DNA of 52,148 nt from NCBI GenBank assembly GCA_963976765.1, contig CAXBME010000041.1:1-52148 (forward strand), in the 5' to 3' direction. The notes under the pieces were generated by a model. The model was not told the origin of the DNA and ran no database searches. It saw nothing but the letters and a program-made list of their open reading frames with translations. Below, piece by piece: positions 9,285 through 18,716 of the stretch. Source of the stretch: an uncultured Planctomycetaceae bacterium (GTDB lineage Bacteria; Planctomycetota; Planctomycetia; Planctomycetales; Planctomycetaceae). Position 1 is the first letter of the stretch, and every line of letters begins with the position of its first letter. A program made the position numbers and the translations under genes.

Positions 9285-9758
9285 ATGAATCAAGTTACGA
9301 ATTCACTCTTACGATTCGGCGTGTTCGCTCTCGGCTTTGCCGGTCTAATTATTGGCTTCCTCGCCATCATGGGAATATCGGGACTTCTGTTGCCGATTCT
9401 TCTTGGCAGCCTCGTCGGCGTGGGAATGCTCGTGCTTGTTTGCTGGGGTGGGAGTCGGCTTCTCGGCCAACTCTTTCTCGGCAACGACCCGACGTACCAA
9501 GAGTGGTGCCGTAGGAGCGACCCGTGGTTCGACACTCTTCCACCTCCATTTGGAGTCCCGGACAATCAACATGCTCCTTATCAGTGCCTTCGATGCAGCG
9601 GCGGTATGTTGTCGATCAATGGAGTGTGCCCCTCATGCGGGTTCGGCAAGAATGAAATGGTCTGCCCATGTGGCCTCGAAGTGGTTCAACCGCAGGAAGG
9701 GGCATTTGAATCGACTGGCGTAGTCTGTCCGAACTGCCACAGCGTGCTTTGGAGGTAG
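9285..9758 (+). CDS. Membrane protein with C-terminal zinc-ribbon motifs
   Basis: Two TM segments, then CLRC, CPSC, CPC and CPNC. AGGAGG SD. Confidence 0.7.
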   Translation: MNQVTNSLLRFGVFALGFAGLIIGFLAIMGISGLLLPILLGSLVGVGMLVLVCWGGSRLLGQLFLGNDPTYQEWCRRSDPWFDTLPPPFGVPDNQHAPYQCLRCSGGMLSINGVCPSCGFGKNEMVCPCGLEVVQPQEGAFESTGVVCPNCHSVLWR

Positions 9759-9873
9759 CTCCGGTGCTGATCCGCTGTGAGTGTCGAGTTCGTGTTGCCA
9801 GCAGCACGGTCCCCTATGCAATAGCACCTCTGTCGCCGCCAATTCTGCCTGAATGAAGCCTTGCAGTTCAGTC

Positions 9874-9926
9874 TTGACCCGAATTGTGCCGATGCTATAC
9901 TAACAAAACGGACGGACGAGTCCGTT
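9874..9926 (+). promoter_or_regulatory. Sigma-70 promoter with palindromic TetR-type operator
   Basis: TTGACC (9874-9879), 16 bp, TGcTATACT (-10 at 9896-9901). ACGGAC-GA-GTCCGT palindrome at 9912-9925. Confidence 0.7.
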
Positions 9927-9953
9927 CTATATCTGGGCCGGGAGCCGATAAGC

Positions 9954-10613
9954 ATGGAAAACGCCGAATTATCACCAAAAGTAGCCAAGAAACGCCGGGA
10001 TATTCTCACGATCTCACTCAAGGTCTTCGCCAAGGAGGGATTCCGAAATACCGATGTGCAGGTCATTGCGGACCTCGCCAAAGTCGGAAAAGGGACTGTC
10101 TACCGGCACTTCGGAAACAAGGAGCAGTTGTTCCTTGCGACGGCGAAATTCTGCCTCGAACAGCTTGGGCAGTTCGTCGAGAAGCAGATTGGTGGAGAGG
10201 AGCAACTGCCATCGTTGATTGAAGAGATCGGCACAACCGAGCTATTGCGGCGGATCGCCCGGTCTTGTGCGGAGTATTACCAGAAGAATCCGCAGGCCGT
10301 TGAAATCATGATTCAGGAGCGTTCCGAGTTTCGGGAGTCGGTCTTTCCGTCCCATCTGATGTATCGGGCGGAAACCCGTGGTGGTCTTGATGACGTGATT
10401 CGGGAGGCGATGGCGAACGGCGAACTGCGGGAATTTGATGTCACGCAGGTCACGAACGCTTACGGCGACTTGATTTACGGGAGCGTCGTCAACGGTTGTC
10501 TGGAAGGTGGAAAGAATCGACTCGTCGAACGAGTCGATAGTGCCGTCGAGCTATTTCTGACCGGACTTGTCGTTCCCGAGAGCAGCCGATCAACGAAGGG
10601 ACAAACCAAGTGA
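9954..10613 (+). CDS. TetR/AcrR family regulator
   Basis: FAKEGF...IADLAKVGKGTVYRHFGNKEQLF HTH. Confidence 0.95.
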   Translation: MENAELSPKVAKKRRDILTISLKVFAKEGFRNTDVQVIADLAKVGKGTVYRHFGNKEQLFLATAKFCLEQLGQFVEKQIGGEEQLPSLIEEIGTTELLRRIARSCAEYYQKNPQAVEIMIQERSEFRESVFPSHLMYRAETRGGLDDVIREAMANGELREFDVTQVTNAYGDLIYGSVVNGCLEGGKNRLVERVDSAVELFLTGLVVPESSRSTKGQTK

Positions 10614-11968
10614 ACACGCTTTTCAAGTTTTCGTCGAATCACAAAACCATATCGCCTGCGTACTCGATGCTGCTCATAGCCACATTGTTGTTCGTGGCCG
10701 GTTGCTCGAATGCCACGAGTAATCCTGTTGACTCCTACGGCGGTCTGGAACTGGAAGACGTTCAGGTCGATGTTGCTGCCGTCGAGCGCACGACGCTCTC
10801 AAGCGAAGTTGAGTTTACGGGCAACCTGTTACCAAAGCGGGTCACTCGCATCACCTCGGAAGTCGATGGCATTGTCATTGAGATTCCACAGGTGGGGGCA
10901 AAGTTCGATGTTGTGATGAATGGAAAACGTTACAGCGAGCAACTTGGGATCACGTTCGGGCAGGCAGTTCGAAAAGGCGATGTCCTTGTTCAGCTTGACG
11001 CCGAGGACTTCAGAATTTCGCTGTTGATGGCGCAGGCCAAGCTCGCCAAGGCGAACGCCGATCTGGCGAAACTGGTGTCATGGGAACGTGCCGAGGCAAT
11101 TCAAAAGCTCACGGCGATGAGAGATGAAGCGAAAGCTCGACACGAACAGGCGGTGCGAGACGAAGAGAGGTTGCAGCAGTTACTCCGTCAGAATGCAACG
11201 TCTCGTAGTGATTACGAGCAGGTTGCCATGTCAGTCAACACGACACGTGCGGTACTCGATAGTGCCGAAGCAACGCTCACGTCTGCCAAGGCCGGGCCGA
11301 CGAAAGAAGAGATTGCCGTTCAACAGGCCCTTGTCACTCAAGCCGAGGTTGAAATGCGACAGGCGCAAAGAGAACTCGACAAAACAACAATTCGAGCACC
11401 GTATGACGGCATCATAACGGCAATCAATGTTGAGATTGGAGATCGAGTCTCGGCCAGCAACGGTGCCATCATTGATCTGATGGACCTGCGATACCTGATC
11501 GCTGAAATTAGCGTGCCGGAGAAGTACATCGGCAGCTTTAGAGTCAGTGACCAGTCGAAGGTGCAGGCGGTGGGACAGGCTCAGCCCGTGCCCGGTCTCG
11601 TAATCGCCATCAACGAAATGGTGGACCCGCAGTCTCGTACCTTCAAAGTTCGTATCGCCATTGATAATGAGCAGAGACAGTTCAAGGCGGGACAGTTTGC
11701 TTCGGTCACTCTGCCGATGTCTGCGGCACTGGGGGAAACATTGTCAGTGCCGAAAGGCAGCATCGTTTTCCTCGAAGGCCAGCCCACCGTCTTCGTGGTG
11801 AATGGCGAACGAGTCAACCAGCGACCGGTAGAAGTTGGGATTGAGAACCAAGCAGTGACGGAGGTTCTCAGCGGCGTGAATGAAGGTGATGTCGTCGTGA
11901 TCGACGATCCCACGTTACTCGCAGACGGAATGAAGGTGCGTGTCAATCAGCACCAGCTTCAAATGTAG
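10610..11968 (+). CDS. RND efflux periplasmic adaptor (membrane fusion protein), probable lipoprotein
   Basis: VAGC lipobox, VRKGDVLVQLD and IRAPYDG lipoyl halves, coiled coil, VDPQSRTF. Confidence 0.93.
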   Translation: MNTLFKFSSNHKTISPAYSMLLIATLLFVAGCSNATSNPVDSYGGLELEDVQVDVAAVERTTLSSEVEFTGNLLPKRVTRITSEVDGIVIEIPQVGAKFDVVMNGKRYSEQLGITFGQAVRKGDVLVQLDAEDFRISLLMAQAKLAKANADLAKLVSWERAEAIQKLTAMRDEAKARHEQAVRDEERLQQLLRQNATSRSDYEQVAMSVNTTRAVLDSAEATLTSAKAGPTKEEIAVQQALVTQAEVEMRQAQRELDKTTIRAPYDGIITAINVEIGDRVSASNGAIIDLMDLRYLIAEISVPEKYIGSFRVSDQSKVQAVGQAQPVPGLVIAINEMVDPQSRTFKVRIAIDNEQRQFKAGQFASVTLPMSAALGETLSVPKGSIVFLEGQPTVFVVNGERVNQRPVEVGIENQAVTEVLSGVNEGDVVVIDDPTLLADGMKVRVNQHQLQM

Positions 11969-11998
11969 CGTCCCTGTAGTTTTTTATTTCGACACTAT

Positions 11999-12016
11999 CG
12001 GACGGACGAGTCCGTT
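11999..12016 (+). promoter_or_regulatory. Second copy of the putative TetR operator
   Basis: CGGACGGACGAGTCCGTT, identical to 9909-9926, 20 bp upstream of the RND permease ATG. Confidence 0.7.
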
Positions 12017-12035
12017 TCCTGCCGTGAGCCAAACG

Positions 12036-15000
12036 ATGAAACTTTCCGAAACCGCAGTTCGACGACCGGTCCTGACCACGATGGCGTTTGCCGCACTGGT
12101 CGTTTTCGGATTGGTGGCATACGGCACGCTCGGCATGGCGCTGTATCCCGACGTGGACATGCCAATGGTCACGGTGACCGTGCAGTACGAAGGAGCTTCG
12201 CCCAAGACTGTTGAAACCGAAGTGACGGAAGTGCTGGAGGAATCGCTCAGCACAATCAGCGGCATCAAATCAATGCGGAGCGACACCAGCGAGGGTGTGG
12301 CTCAGGTCTTCCTTGAGTTTGAGTTGAAGCGTGATGTCGATGTGGCCGCTCAGGATGTGCGTGACAAGATCGCTTCCGTTCGGGGCGAGTTGCCGACCGA
12401 TGCCGAAGCACCCGTCGTTGAAAAGTTCGATCCCGATGCGGCTCCCATCCTCGGCATCGTCTTGTCCGGCAAGACAACGATTCGGAACCTGACGATCTAT
12501 GCCGACGATGTGGTCAAGCCACGTATCGAATCCATCAACGGAGTCGGCGGTGTGCAGTTGACGGGCGACCGGGAACGGGAAGTTCGTGTCTGGTTGCGAG
12601 TCGATGACCTCGTGGCTCACAACGTGTCGGCTCAGGACGTGATCGACACGCTGAAGAAGGGCAACGTCGAGTTTCCCGGTGGCCGAGTTGAAACCGGTTC
12701 ACGGGAACTGGTTGTGAAGACTCGTGGCAAACTGCGAACGATAGATGAATTCCGGCAGTTGGTTGTATCCGAGCAGGATGGAAGTGTTGTCCGCTTGGAA
12801 CAAGTGGCCAACATTGAAGACGGTCTGAAAGATCAACGCAGTCTGGCTCGCCTGAATGGTCGTCCGGCGATTGCGCTTTCCGTGAGGCAGCAATCGGGAA
12901 CCAACATGGTGGCCGTTGCCAAAGAAGTGAAAGAACAACTGGCGGCACTTTCGACGGACATGCCTGACGGTTACGAGCTACTCATCGTTCAGGACAACTC
13001 GGAATTTGTCGAAGCCAGCGTCAACGAAGCTCAGGGCGAACTCCTGCGAGGCGGCGGGCTTGCCGTGCTCGTCATTCTGCTGTTCCTTCGCAGCTTCAGG
13101 GGATCATTCATTGCGGCTGTGACAATCCCGGCCACCATCATCTCAACCTACGCCTTCATGCTGGCGATGGGCTTCACGCTGAACACGATGACGCTGCTCG
13201 CATTGACGATTTCAGTCGGCATGATTATCGACGACTCCATCGTCGTGCTGGAAAACACTTGGCGGCACATGCAGGAAGGGAAGACCCGTTTTGAAGCGGC
13301 CATCGCCGCCATGAACGAGATTGGCTTCGCCGTGATTGCCACATCGCTGTCCATCGCAGCGGTGTTTGTGCCGGTGGCGTTCATGGAAGGGCTGGTTGGC
13401 CAGTTCTTCTACGAGTTCGGCATGACGGTCACGTTTGCGGTCATTGTTTCGACACTGATCGCACTATTCCTGTCGCCGATGCTCTGCTCCAAGGTTTTGA
13501 AGCTGAGCAACGAGAACGGTCGGTTCTACAAGTTCTCAGAAGCCATCCTCAACGGCATCGAAGTGTTCTACGGTGCCATACTCGGATTCGCACTCAAGCG
13601 ACGGCTGGTCGTTGTCGTTGCCGCCATTGGCGTGTTCATCGGCAGCGTGATGTTGCTTCCGCTGATCGGGCAGGAATTTACACCGACCGCCGACGAAGGC
13701 CAGTTTCAGGTTCAGGTTGAAGCTCCGGTCGGCTCGTCAATTCAGCAGACATCCAAGATCGCTCGGCAGATCGAAGAGATCATGACGACGCTGCCTGCGA
13801 TCAAAGACATCTATACGACGGTTGGTGGCCAGTACGAAGGCCAGACGACCGTGGCTCAGGTCATGGTCAAGCTGGTTGATAAACCGCAGCGGACTGTCAC
13901 GCAGGACGATGTGATGCAGATGGCTCGTGACCGGATGGGACGTTTCTCGCACCTTCGAATCAGTGTGGATGCCGTTGCTCGGCTGGGCGGCGGCGGAATG
14001 CGGTCGGCTCCGATCCAGTACAACCTGCGTGGCGATGACCTTGAAGAACTCGACGCACTTGCATCAAACCTAGTCGGGAAGATGAAGCAGTCGGGCGGCT
14101 TCGTCGATGTCAACACGACCAGCCAGTCCGGCAAGCCGGAATTGTCTATCGACATCAACCGTAACCGGGCCGCCGACTTGGGCGTCAACATCGAGGATTT
14201 GGGGAAAGCCGTCAGCACGCTGGTTGGCGGGCAACGGGTTTCGACGTTCGAAGATGGCGGCGACAACATCGACGTGCGTGTTCGACTGGTCGGAACGGAT
14301 CGGGAACGGGCCGAGGCACTCGAACTGCTGCCGGTGCCGATGGAGGGCGGAACCTTAACAGAGCTTCGCACCATCGCCTCGGTGGAAAGCACGTTCGGCC
14401 CGGTATCAATTGAACGCCAGAATCGCCAACGTCAGGTCACGGTGCTGGCGAATCTGGGAGCGTCAAAAGCGCTCGGAGAAGCCGTGCAGGAAGTGGAAGC
14501 AATGGCCGCCGATGTTGGAATGCCTGCCAACGTCACCGCAGCATTCACCGGCACAGCAGACATGATGGCCGAATCATTTGCCAGCATCATCTTTGCCCTG
14601 ATTCTGGCCGTTGTGCTGACCTATATGGTGCTGGCCGCACAGTTCGAGAGTTATCTGCATCCACTGACCATCATGCTGTCGCTACCACTGTCTATCGGCG
14701 GAGCACTCGGCGGACTGGCACTCACAGGGCGAACGCTGAATATCTTCAGCATGATCGGCATGGTCATGCTGATGGGCCTTGTCACAAAGAACGCCATTCT
14801 GCTGGTTGACTACACGAACCTGCTTCGCAGCAAAGGCATGAGCAAAGATGACGCTCTTCGCAAAGCCGGGCCAACTCGTCTGCGCCCGATTCTGATGACG
14901 GCGTTCTCTACAATTGCGGGCATGATTCCGATCACGCTGGGGCTTGGAGAAGGAGCCGAGAGCCGAGCCCCGATGGGAACCTGCGTGGTCGGCGGCATGT

Positions 15001-15245
15001 TGACTTCGACCGTCCTCACGCTCGTCGTCATTCCCGCCGTTTACAGTCTCATTGACGATGTTAGAGGCTGGTTGCCACGTTTGCTTGGCAGAGGCGATTC
15101 TGAGGAATCGCCAAATTCCGATGCACCGGATTCGCTGCCGGTATTGGAAGCATCACGAGCAAAACTCAACGGGAAACCAAGCACGGAAGCCGAACCAATG
15201 AAAGTATCGGCCAGCCATATCGAACAAGAAAGCAATGTCGCATGA
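12036..15245 (+). CDS. RND efflux permease (AcrB/AcrD/AcrF family)
   Basis: RRPV N-terminus, GMIIDDSIVVLEN, KNAILLVD and RLRPILMT. Start MKLSE at 12036. Confidence 0.97.
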   Translation: MKLSETAVRRPVLTTMAFAALVVFGLVAYGTLGMALYPDVDMPMVTVTVQYEGASPKTVETEVTEVLEESLSTISGIKSMRSDTSEGVAQVFLEFELKRDVDVAAQDVRDKIASVRGELPTDAEAPVVEKFDPDAAPILGIVLSGKTTIRNLTIYADDVVKPRIESINGVGGVQLTGDREREVRVWLRVDDLVAHNVSAQDVIDTLKKGNVEFPGGRVETGSRELVVKTRGKLRTIDEFRQLVVSEQDGSVVRLEQVANIEDGLKDQRSLARLNGRPAIALSVRQQSGTNMVAVAKEVKEQLAALSTDMPDGYELLIVQDNSEFVEASVNEAQGELLRGGGLAVLVILLFLRSFRGSFIAAVTIPATIISTYAFMLAMGFTLNTMTLLALTISVGMIIDDSIVVLENTWRHMQEGKTRFEAAIAAMNEIGFAVIATSLSIAAVFVPVAFMEGLVGQFFYEFGMTVTFAVIVSTLIALFLSPMLCSKVLKLSNENGRFYKFSEAILNGIEVFYGAILGFALKRRLVVVVAAIGVFIGSVMLLPLIGQEFTPTADEGQFQVQVEAPVGSSIQQTSKIARQIEEIMTTLPAIKDIYTTVGGQYEGQTTVAQVMVKLVDKPQRTVTQDDVMQMARDRMGRFSHLRISVDAVARLGGGGMRSAPIQYNLRGDDLEELDALASNLVGKMKQSGGFVDVNTTSQSGKPELSIDINRNRAADLGVNIEDLGKAVSTLVGGQRVSTFEDGGDNIDVRVRLVGTDRERAEALELLPVPMEGGTLTELRTIASVESTFGPVSIERQNRQRQVTVLANLGASKALGEAVQEVEAMAADVGMPANVTAAFTGTADMMAESFASIIFALILAVVLTYMVLAAQFESYLHPLTIMLSLPLSIGGALGGLALTGRTLNIFSMIGMVMLMGLVTKNAILLVDYTNLLRSKGMSKDDALRKAGPTRLRPILMTAFSTIAGMIPITLGLGEGAESRAPMGTCVVGGMLTSTVLTLVVIPAVYSLIDDVRGWLPRLLGRGDSEESPNSDAPDSLPVLEASRAKLNGKPSTEAEPMKVSASHIEQESNVA

Positions 15246-15296
15246 CTCACTGTGAGTCATGCGGTTCCCAACCAATTCAATCTTGGAGACATCGAC

Positions 15297-15689
15297 ATGA
15301 TAAAAGTTACTCACGATCCCGAAACCAACATCGTTGAACTCGAAATTGACGGCGAGATCACCGCCGAAGACTTCGATGAGACGCTGACAACCTTGCGATC
15401 CATTATCGACGAGCATGGCAGGATTCGGCTGTTGAAACACGTTCGCTCGATCAATTTCCCGCCGATCCCAATGTCGAAACTGTGGGATGACCTGAAGTTT
15501 GGGTACGAGCACCTCGCCGACATCACACACATCGCTGGTGTGACCGACATCACCGGTGCGGCATCGATGGTCGGAATGATGAACCCGCTGTTCAAAGCGG
15601 AGATGAGACACTTCAACGAATCTGAACTGGAGTCTGCTCGGGAGTGGCTGCGAACGGCTGATATTTCAACAACAGCAGCAAAAGACTGA
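15297..15689 (+). CDS. SpoIIAA-like (STAS/SEC14) protein
   Basis: IDGEITAEDF...LWDDLKFG...IAGVTD...AREWL pattern. GGAG SD. Confidence 0.8.
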   Translation: MIKVTHDPETNIVELEIDGEITAEDFDETLTTLRSIIDEHGRIRLLKHVRSINFPPIPMSKLWDDLKFGYEHLADITHIAGVTDITGAASMVGMMNPLFKAEMRHFNESELESAREWLRTADISTTAAKD

Positions 15690-15706
15690 TCGGAGTACAC
15701 GGCACA

Positions 15707-16027
15707 ATGTCAAACAGTACCACCATTCACATCGAATCGATTGATGGAACGAAACACGCCTTCTCGATGCCCGCACCGCAGGAAGGTGCCGTGGAGTACA
15801 CGGTCGGTAGCCGGATTGAAAGGTTTCTCAACCAGCAAAGTGTTGCACTGTCTGTGGACGGTGAATTGCTCGTCATTCCGATGCACCAGATCAAATCACT
15901 CCGCATCGGCCCCATTCGCAGCAAGCTCCCCGAAAGCGTTGTGGCAACAGTGACACGGATCAATGACGACGCACCTGAGATGATGGCTGCGAATAACTCG
16001 ACGGCACACCAGAGGAAGTCAGCGTGA
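15707..16027 (+). CDS. Hypothetical protein
   Basis: 106 aa co-oriented ORF inside the operon, with a GGAG SD. Confidence 0.7.
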   Translation: MSNSTTIHIESIDGTKHAFSMPAPQEGAVEYTVGSRIERFLNQQSVALSVDGELLVIPMHQIKSLRIGPIRSKLPESVVATVTRINDDAPEMMAANNSTAHQRKSA

Positions 16028-16067
16028 TGATCTCACTAGGATCAACTTGTAAGGAAAGGGAGTCGTC

Positions 16068-17357
16068 GTGACAGATCAAAGTCTCGATCTTACGTCCGCA
16101 AAGTTCAAAAGCGATCCGTTCCCGACATTCGCAAAGATGCGGGAAATCGGGCCGTTGATTCGCACGAAGCAGCCGTTGGTCGGTGACGTGTGGGTCACGT
16201 CTACTTACGAAGCCGCCACGTTGATCCTGCGAGACAAGGCCACGTTCGTCGTACAGCCGAGCAACGCCGGACGAAAATCAATGGCTGGCTTGCAATGGTG
16301 GATGCCTCGGTCTCTCCGGGCGCTGGCCAACAATATGCTTGGAAAGGATGAACCAGACCATCGACGGTTGCGGCAACTCGTTGAGTCGGCCTTCATGCGG
16401 CAGAGCATCGACGCCATGAAACCTCGGCTTGAAGAACTTGCTGAGCGGCAGCTTGATGTGCTGGAGCAGCAAGCCAATCGAAACGGTGGACGTGTGGATT
16501 TCATGGAGCACTTTGCTCGTCCGTTTCCGCTGGCGGTCATCTCGGAACTGCTGGGGCTCCCGGAGGAAGACCGCAGCAAGTTTCTTCGCTGGGGATCGAG
16601 TTTCACAAGTGCTGGCTCGGCATTCGGATTTATGCGTGCGATTCCTGCCATCTGGAAAATCACTGCCTACTTCCGGCGACAGTTTGAGGTTTGCCGCCGA
16701 GAGCCCCGTCCCGGAATGCTGTCGGCACTCGTCGCTGAAGAACAGGAAGGCTCACGACTGAATGAACAGGAGCTTCTGGCGACGGCGTTCCTGCTGCTGT
16801 TGGCCGGTCACGAAACGACCGTGCATCTGCTGACCATCGGCCTGCTCAGTCTGCTGCAACATCCCGATCAGAAACTCAAGCTGTTGTCCGACTGGTCGAA
16901 GGCTGACAGTGCCGTTGATGAAATGCTGCGCTACAACTCGACCGTGCAGATGACAAAGCCACGTTACGCCAGCAAAGACGTGGAGTTGTACGGACAAACG
17001 ATTCGTCGAGGTGAATTCGTGATGCCGATGCTGGCGGCTGCCAACTGCGACCCGGCTCAGTTTCCAAACCCCGAAACCTTCGACGTTGATCGATCTCCGA
17101 ACGCTCACATCGCCTTCGGCACAGGAATGCACGTCTGCCTCGGCCTGAAACTGGCACGGGCGGAGGGAGCCATTGCCTTTGAGAAGCTCTTCACCCGTTT
17201 TCCCGAGCTTGATCTGACTCAGCCGTCAAACGAACTCCAATGGTCTGAGCGGATCGGAACACGTGCGGTCCACGAATTCCCACTCAGACTGGGTAAGCCG
17301 ACAGAACGCAGCACAGAAGCCTCGAATCGAAGCAACGTTGCCGCCGTTTCCAATTGA
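16068..17357 (+). CDS. Cytochrome P450
   Basis: AGHETT I-helix, EMLR ExxR motif and [10 protein letters not shown] heme-binding motif. Confidence 0.97.
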   Translation: MTDQSLDLTSAKFKSDPFPTFAKMREIGPLIRTKQPLVGDVWVTSTYEAATLILRDKATFVVQPSNAGRKSMAGLQWWMPRSLRALANNMLGKDEPDHRRLRQLVESAFMRQSIDAMKPRLEELAERQLDVLEQQANRNGGRVDFMEHFARPFPLAVISELLGLPEEDRSKFLRWGSSFTSAGSAFGFMRAIPAIWKITAYFRRQFEVCRREPRPGMLSALVAEEQEGSRLNEQELLATAFLLLLAGHETTVHLLTIGLLSLLQHPDQKLKLLSDWSKADSAVDEMLRYNSTVQMTKPRYASKDVELYGQTIRRGEFVMPMLAAANCDPAQFPNPETFDVDRSPNAHIAFGTGMHVCLGLKLARAEGAIAFEKLFTRFPELDLTQPSNELQWSERIGTRAVHEFPLRLGKPTERSTEASNRSNVAAVSN

Positions 17358-17366
17358 GTACCGAAC

Positions 17367-17672
17367 ATGCCGTCCAGACTCGACAACAAAGACACCCAGC
17401 GTCTCGAAGCACTTGCCAGCATTCTCGGACGCTGCTTCTGCATCACCGTCGCTGCACTGCTGTTCGTGTGGTTTGTCGTCATTGCCTTCGGCGAACCTGT
17501 CCACCGCCTGCACAACATGATGATCGAAATCTCCCGACCGCAATTCGACCTGTTCGTGCTGGCGTCGCTCACGTTCATCAAGTCGCTCAACGTCGTGCTG
17601 TTCCTCTTTCCCTACTTGGCAATCAAACATTTCCTGCGTGTTCAGAAAGGCTTGGAGCCTGCAAATGACTAA
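17367..17672 (+). CDS. Small two-TM membrane protein
   Basis: 101 aa with two hydrophobic segments; overlaps the next start. Confidence 0.7.
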   Translation: MPSRLDNKDTQRLEALASILGRCFCITVAALLFVWFVVIAFGEPVHRLHNMMIEISRPQFDLFVLASLTFIKSLNVVLFLFPYLAIKHFLRVQKGLEPAND

Positions 17673-18612
17673 CTCAAGGAAGAAGCTGGCGATGAACTGC
17701 GTAATTGTTGTCAGCCTGATTGTCCCAGCGACGGCAAACGGTCAGGGCCGTCGAGTGGATGACGTGAAAACGCCGTCTCGCATCATGGATTCCTCGGAAG
17801 GCGCTGTTGAAGATGCGTCATACGGACGCCCCGGCAAGGGCCAGCCGTTTCTGCCTCAAAGATCGTCAGCAGTCGTCACATTACTGGGCGGCGGCGACAG
17901 CGACGGCCTCGGCATGACGGGCCTGAATGTTTCGACCACGTTCGCTCGACCGATGCCTTGGTGGCACACGATCTTTACAGTGACACCAGCGTTTGATGTG
18001 CAGTTCATCGATTCACCCGATGCCGTTGCCCTGCCGTCTGAACTCTACCGAGCATCGCTTTCGCTGTCGGTCATGAAACCGATTAGCGACCGCACACAAC
18101 TCGTTGCAGGAATCACACCCAGCTTTGTCAGCGACTTCGAAGCCAGCAGTAATGCTCTCCGCCTGATGGCATTCGCAGCAGCAGCATGGCAGTGGAAGCC
18201 GACAACGAAACTGACATTTGGTGTAGCGGCTACGGGCCGGGAAGACATTCCCATCCTGCCGATGGCGGGGCTGACTTGGACGCCTAATGAAGACTGGCAG
18301 ATCGACGTTGCTGCTCCCCGCCCCCGAATCGCACGACGAGTGCAATGGTTCGATCCGTGTGGCGACGACTGGTTCTACGTTGCCGGTGAACTCGGCGGCG
18401 GAACATGGGCAGTGGACCGTGCCGGTCGTGATGACGAACTGACGATTCGAGATTTCCGACTCGTCGCTGGATTTGAGCGCAAGGCGACGGACGGATTGTC
18501 GGCTCGCTTCGAGGCCGGATACGTGTTCTCCCGAGAGATCGAGTTTGAGAACGACGGATTCCAGTTTGAACCAGCAGACACGTTCATGGTTCGTGCCGGA
18601 CTGACATTTTGA
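17665..18612 (+). CDS. Putative outer-membrane beta-barrel protein (DUF6268-like)
   Basis: Signal peptide, alternating beta-strand pattern and C-terminal aromatic residue (RAGLTF). Confidence 0.65.
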   Translation: MTNSRKKLAMNCVIVVSLIVPATANGQGRRVDDVKTPSRIMDSSEGAVEDASYGRPGKGQPFLPQRSSAVVTLLGGGDSDGLGMTGLNVSTTFARPMPWWHTIFTVTPAFDVQFIDSPDAVALPSELYRASLSLSVMKPISDRTQLVAGITPSFVSDFEASSNALRLMAFAAAAWQWKPTTKLTFGVAATGREDIPILPMAGLTWTPNEDWQIDVAAPRPRIARRVQWFDPCGDDWFYVAGELGGGTWAVDRAGRDDELTIRDFRLVAGFERKATDGLSARFEAGYVFSREIEFENDGFQFEPADTFMVRAGLTF

Positions 18613-18716
18613 GCGGAGTGACAATAGTTGTGGAGTCGCTCACAGTTAGAAACGAACAGGACACTGGATTCCAAATCCGGCATGGAGTTCCGGCCAGTCC
18701 GTTAATGGGTCGATGA

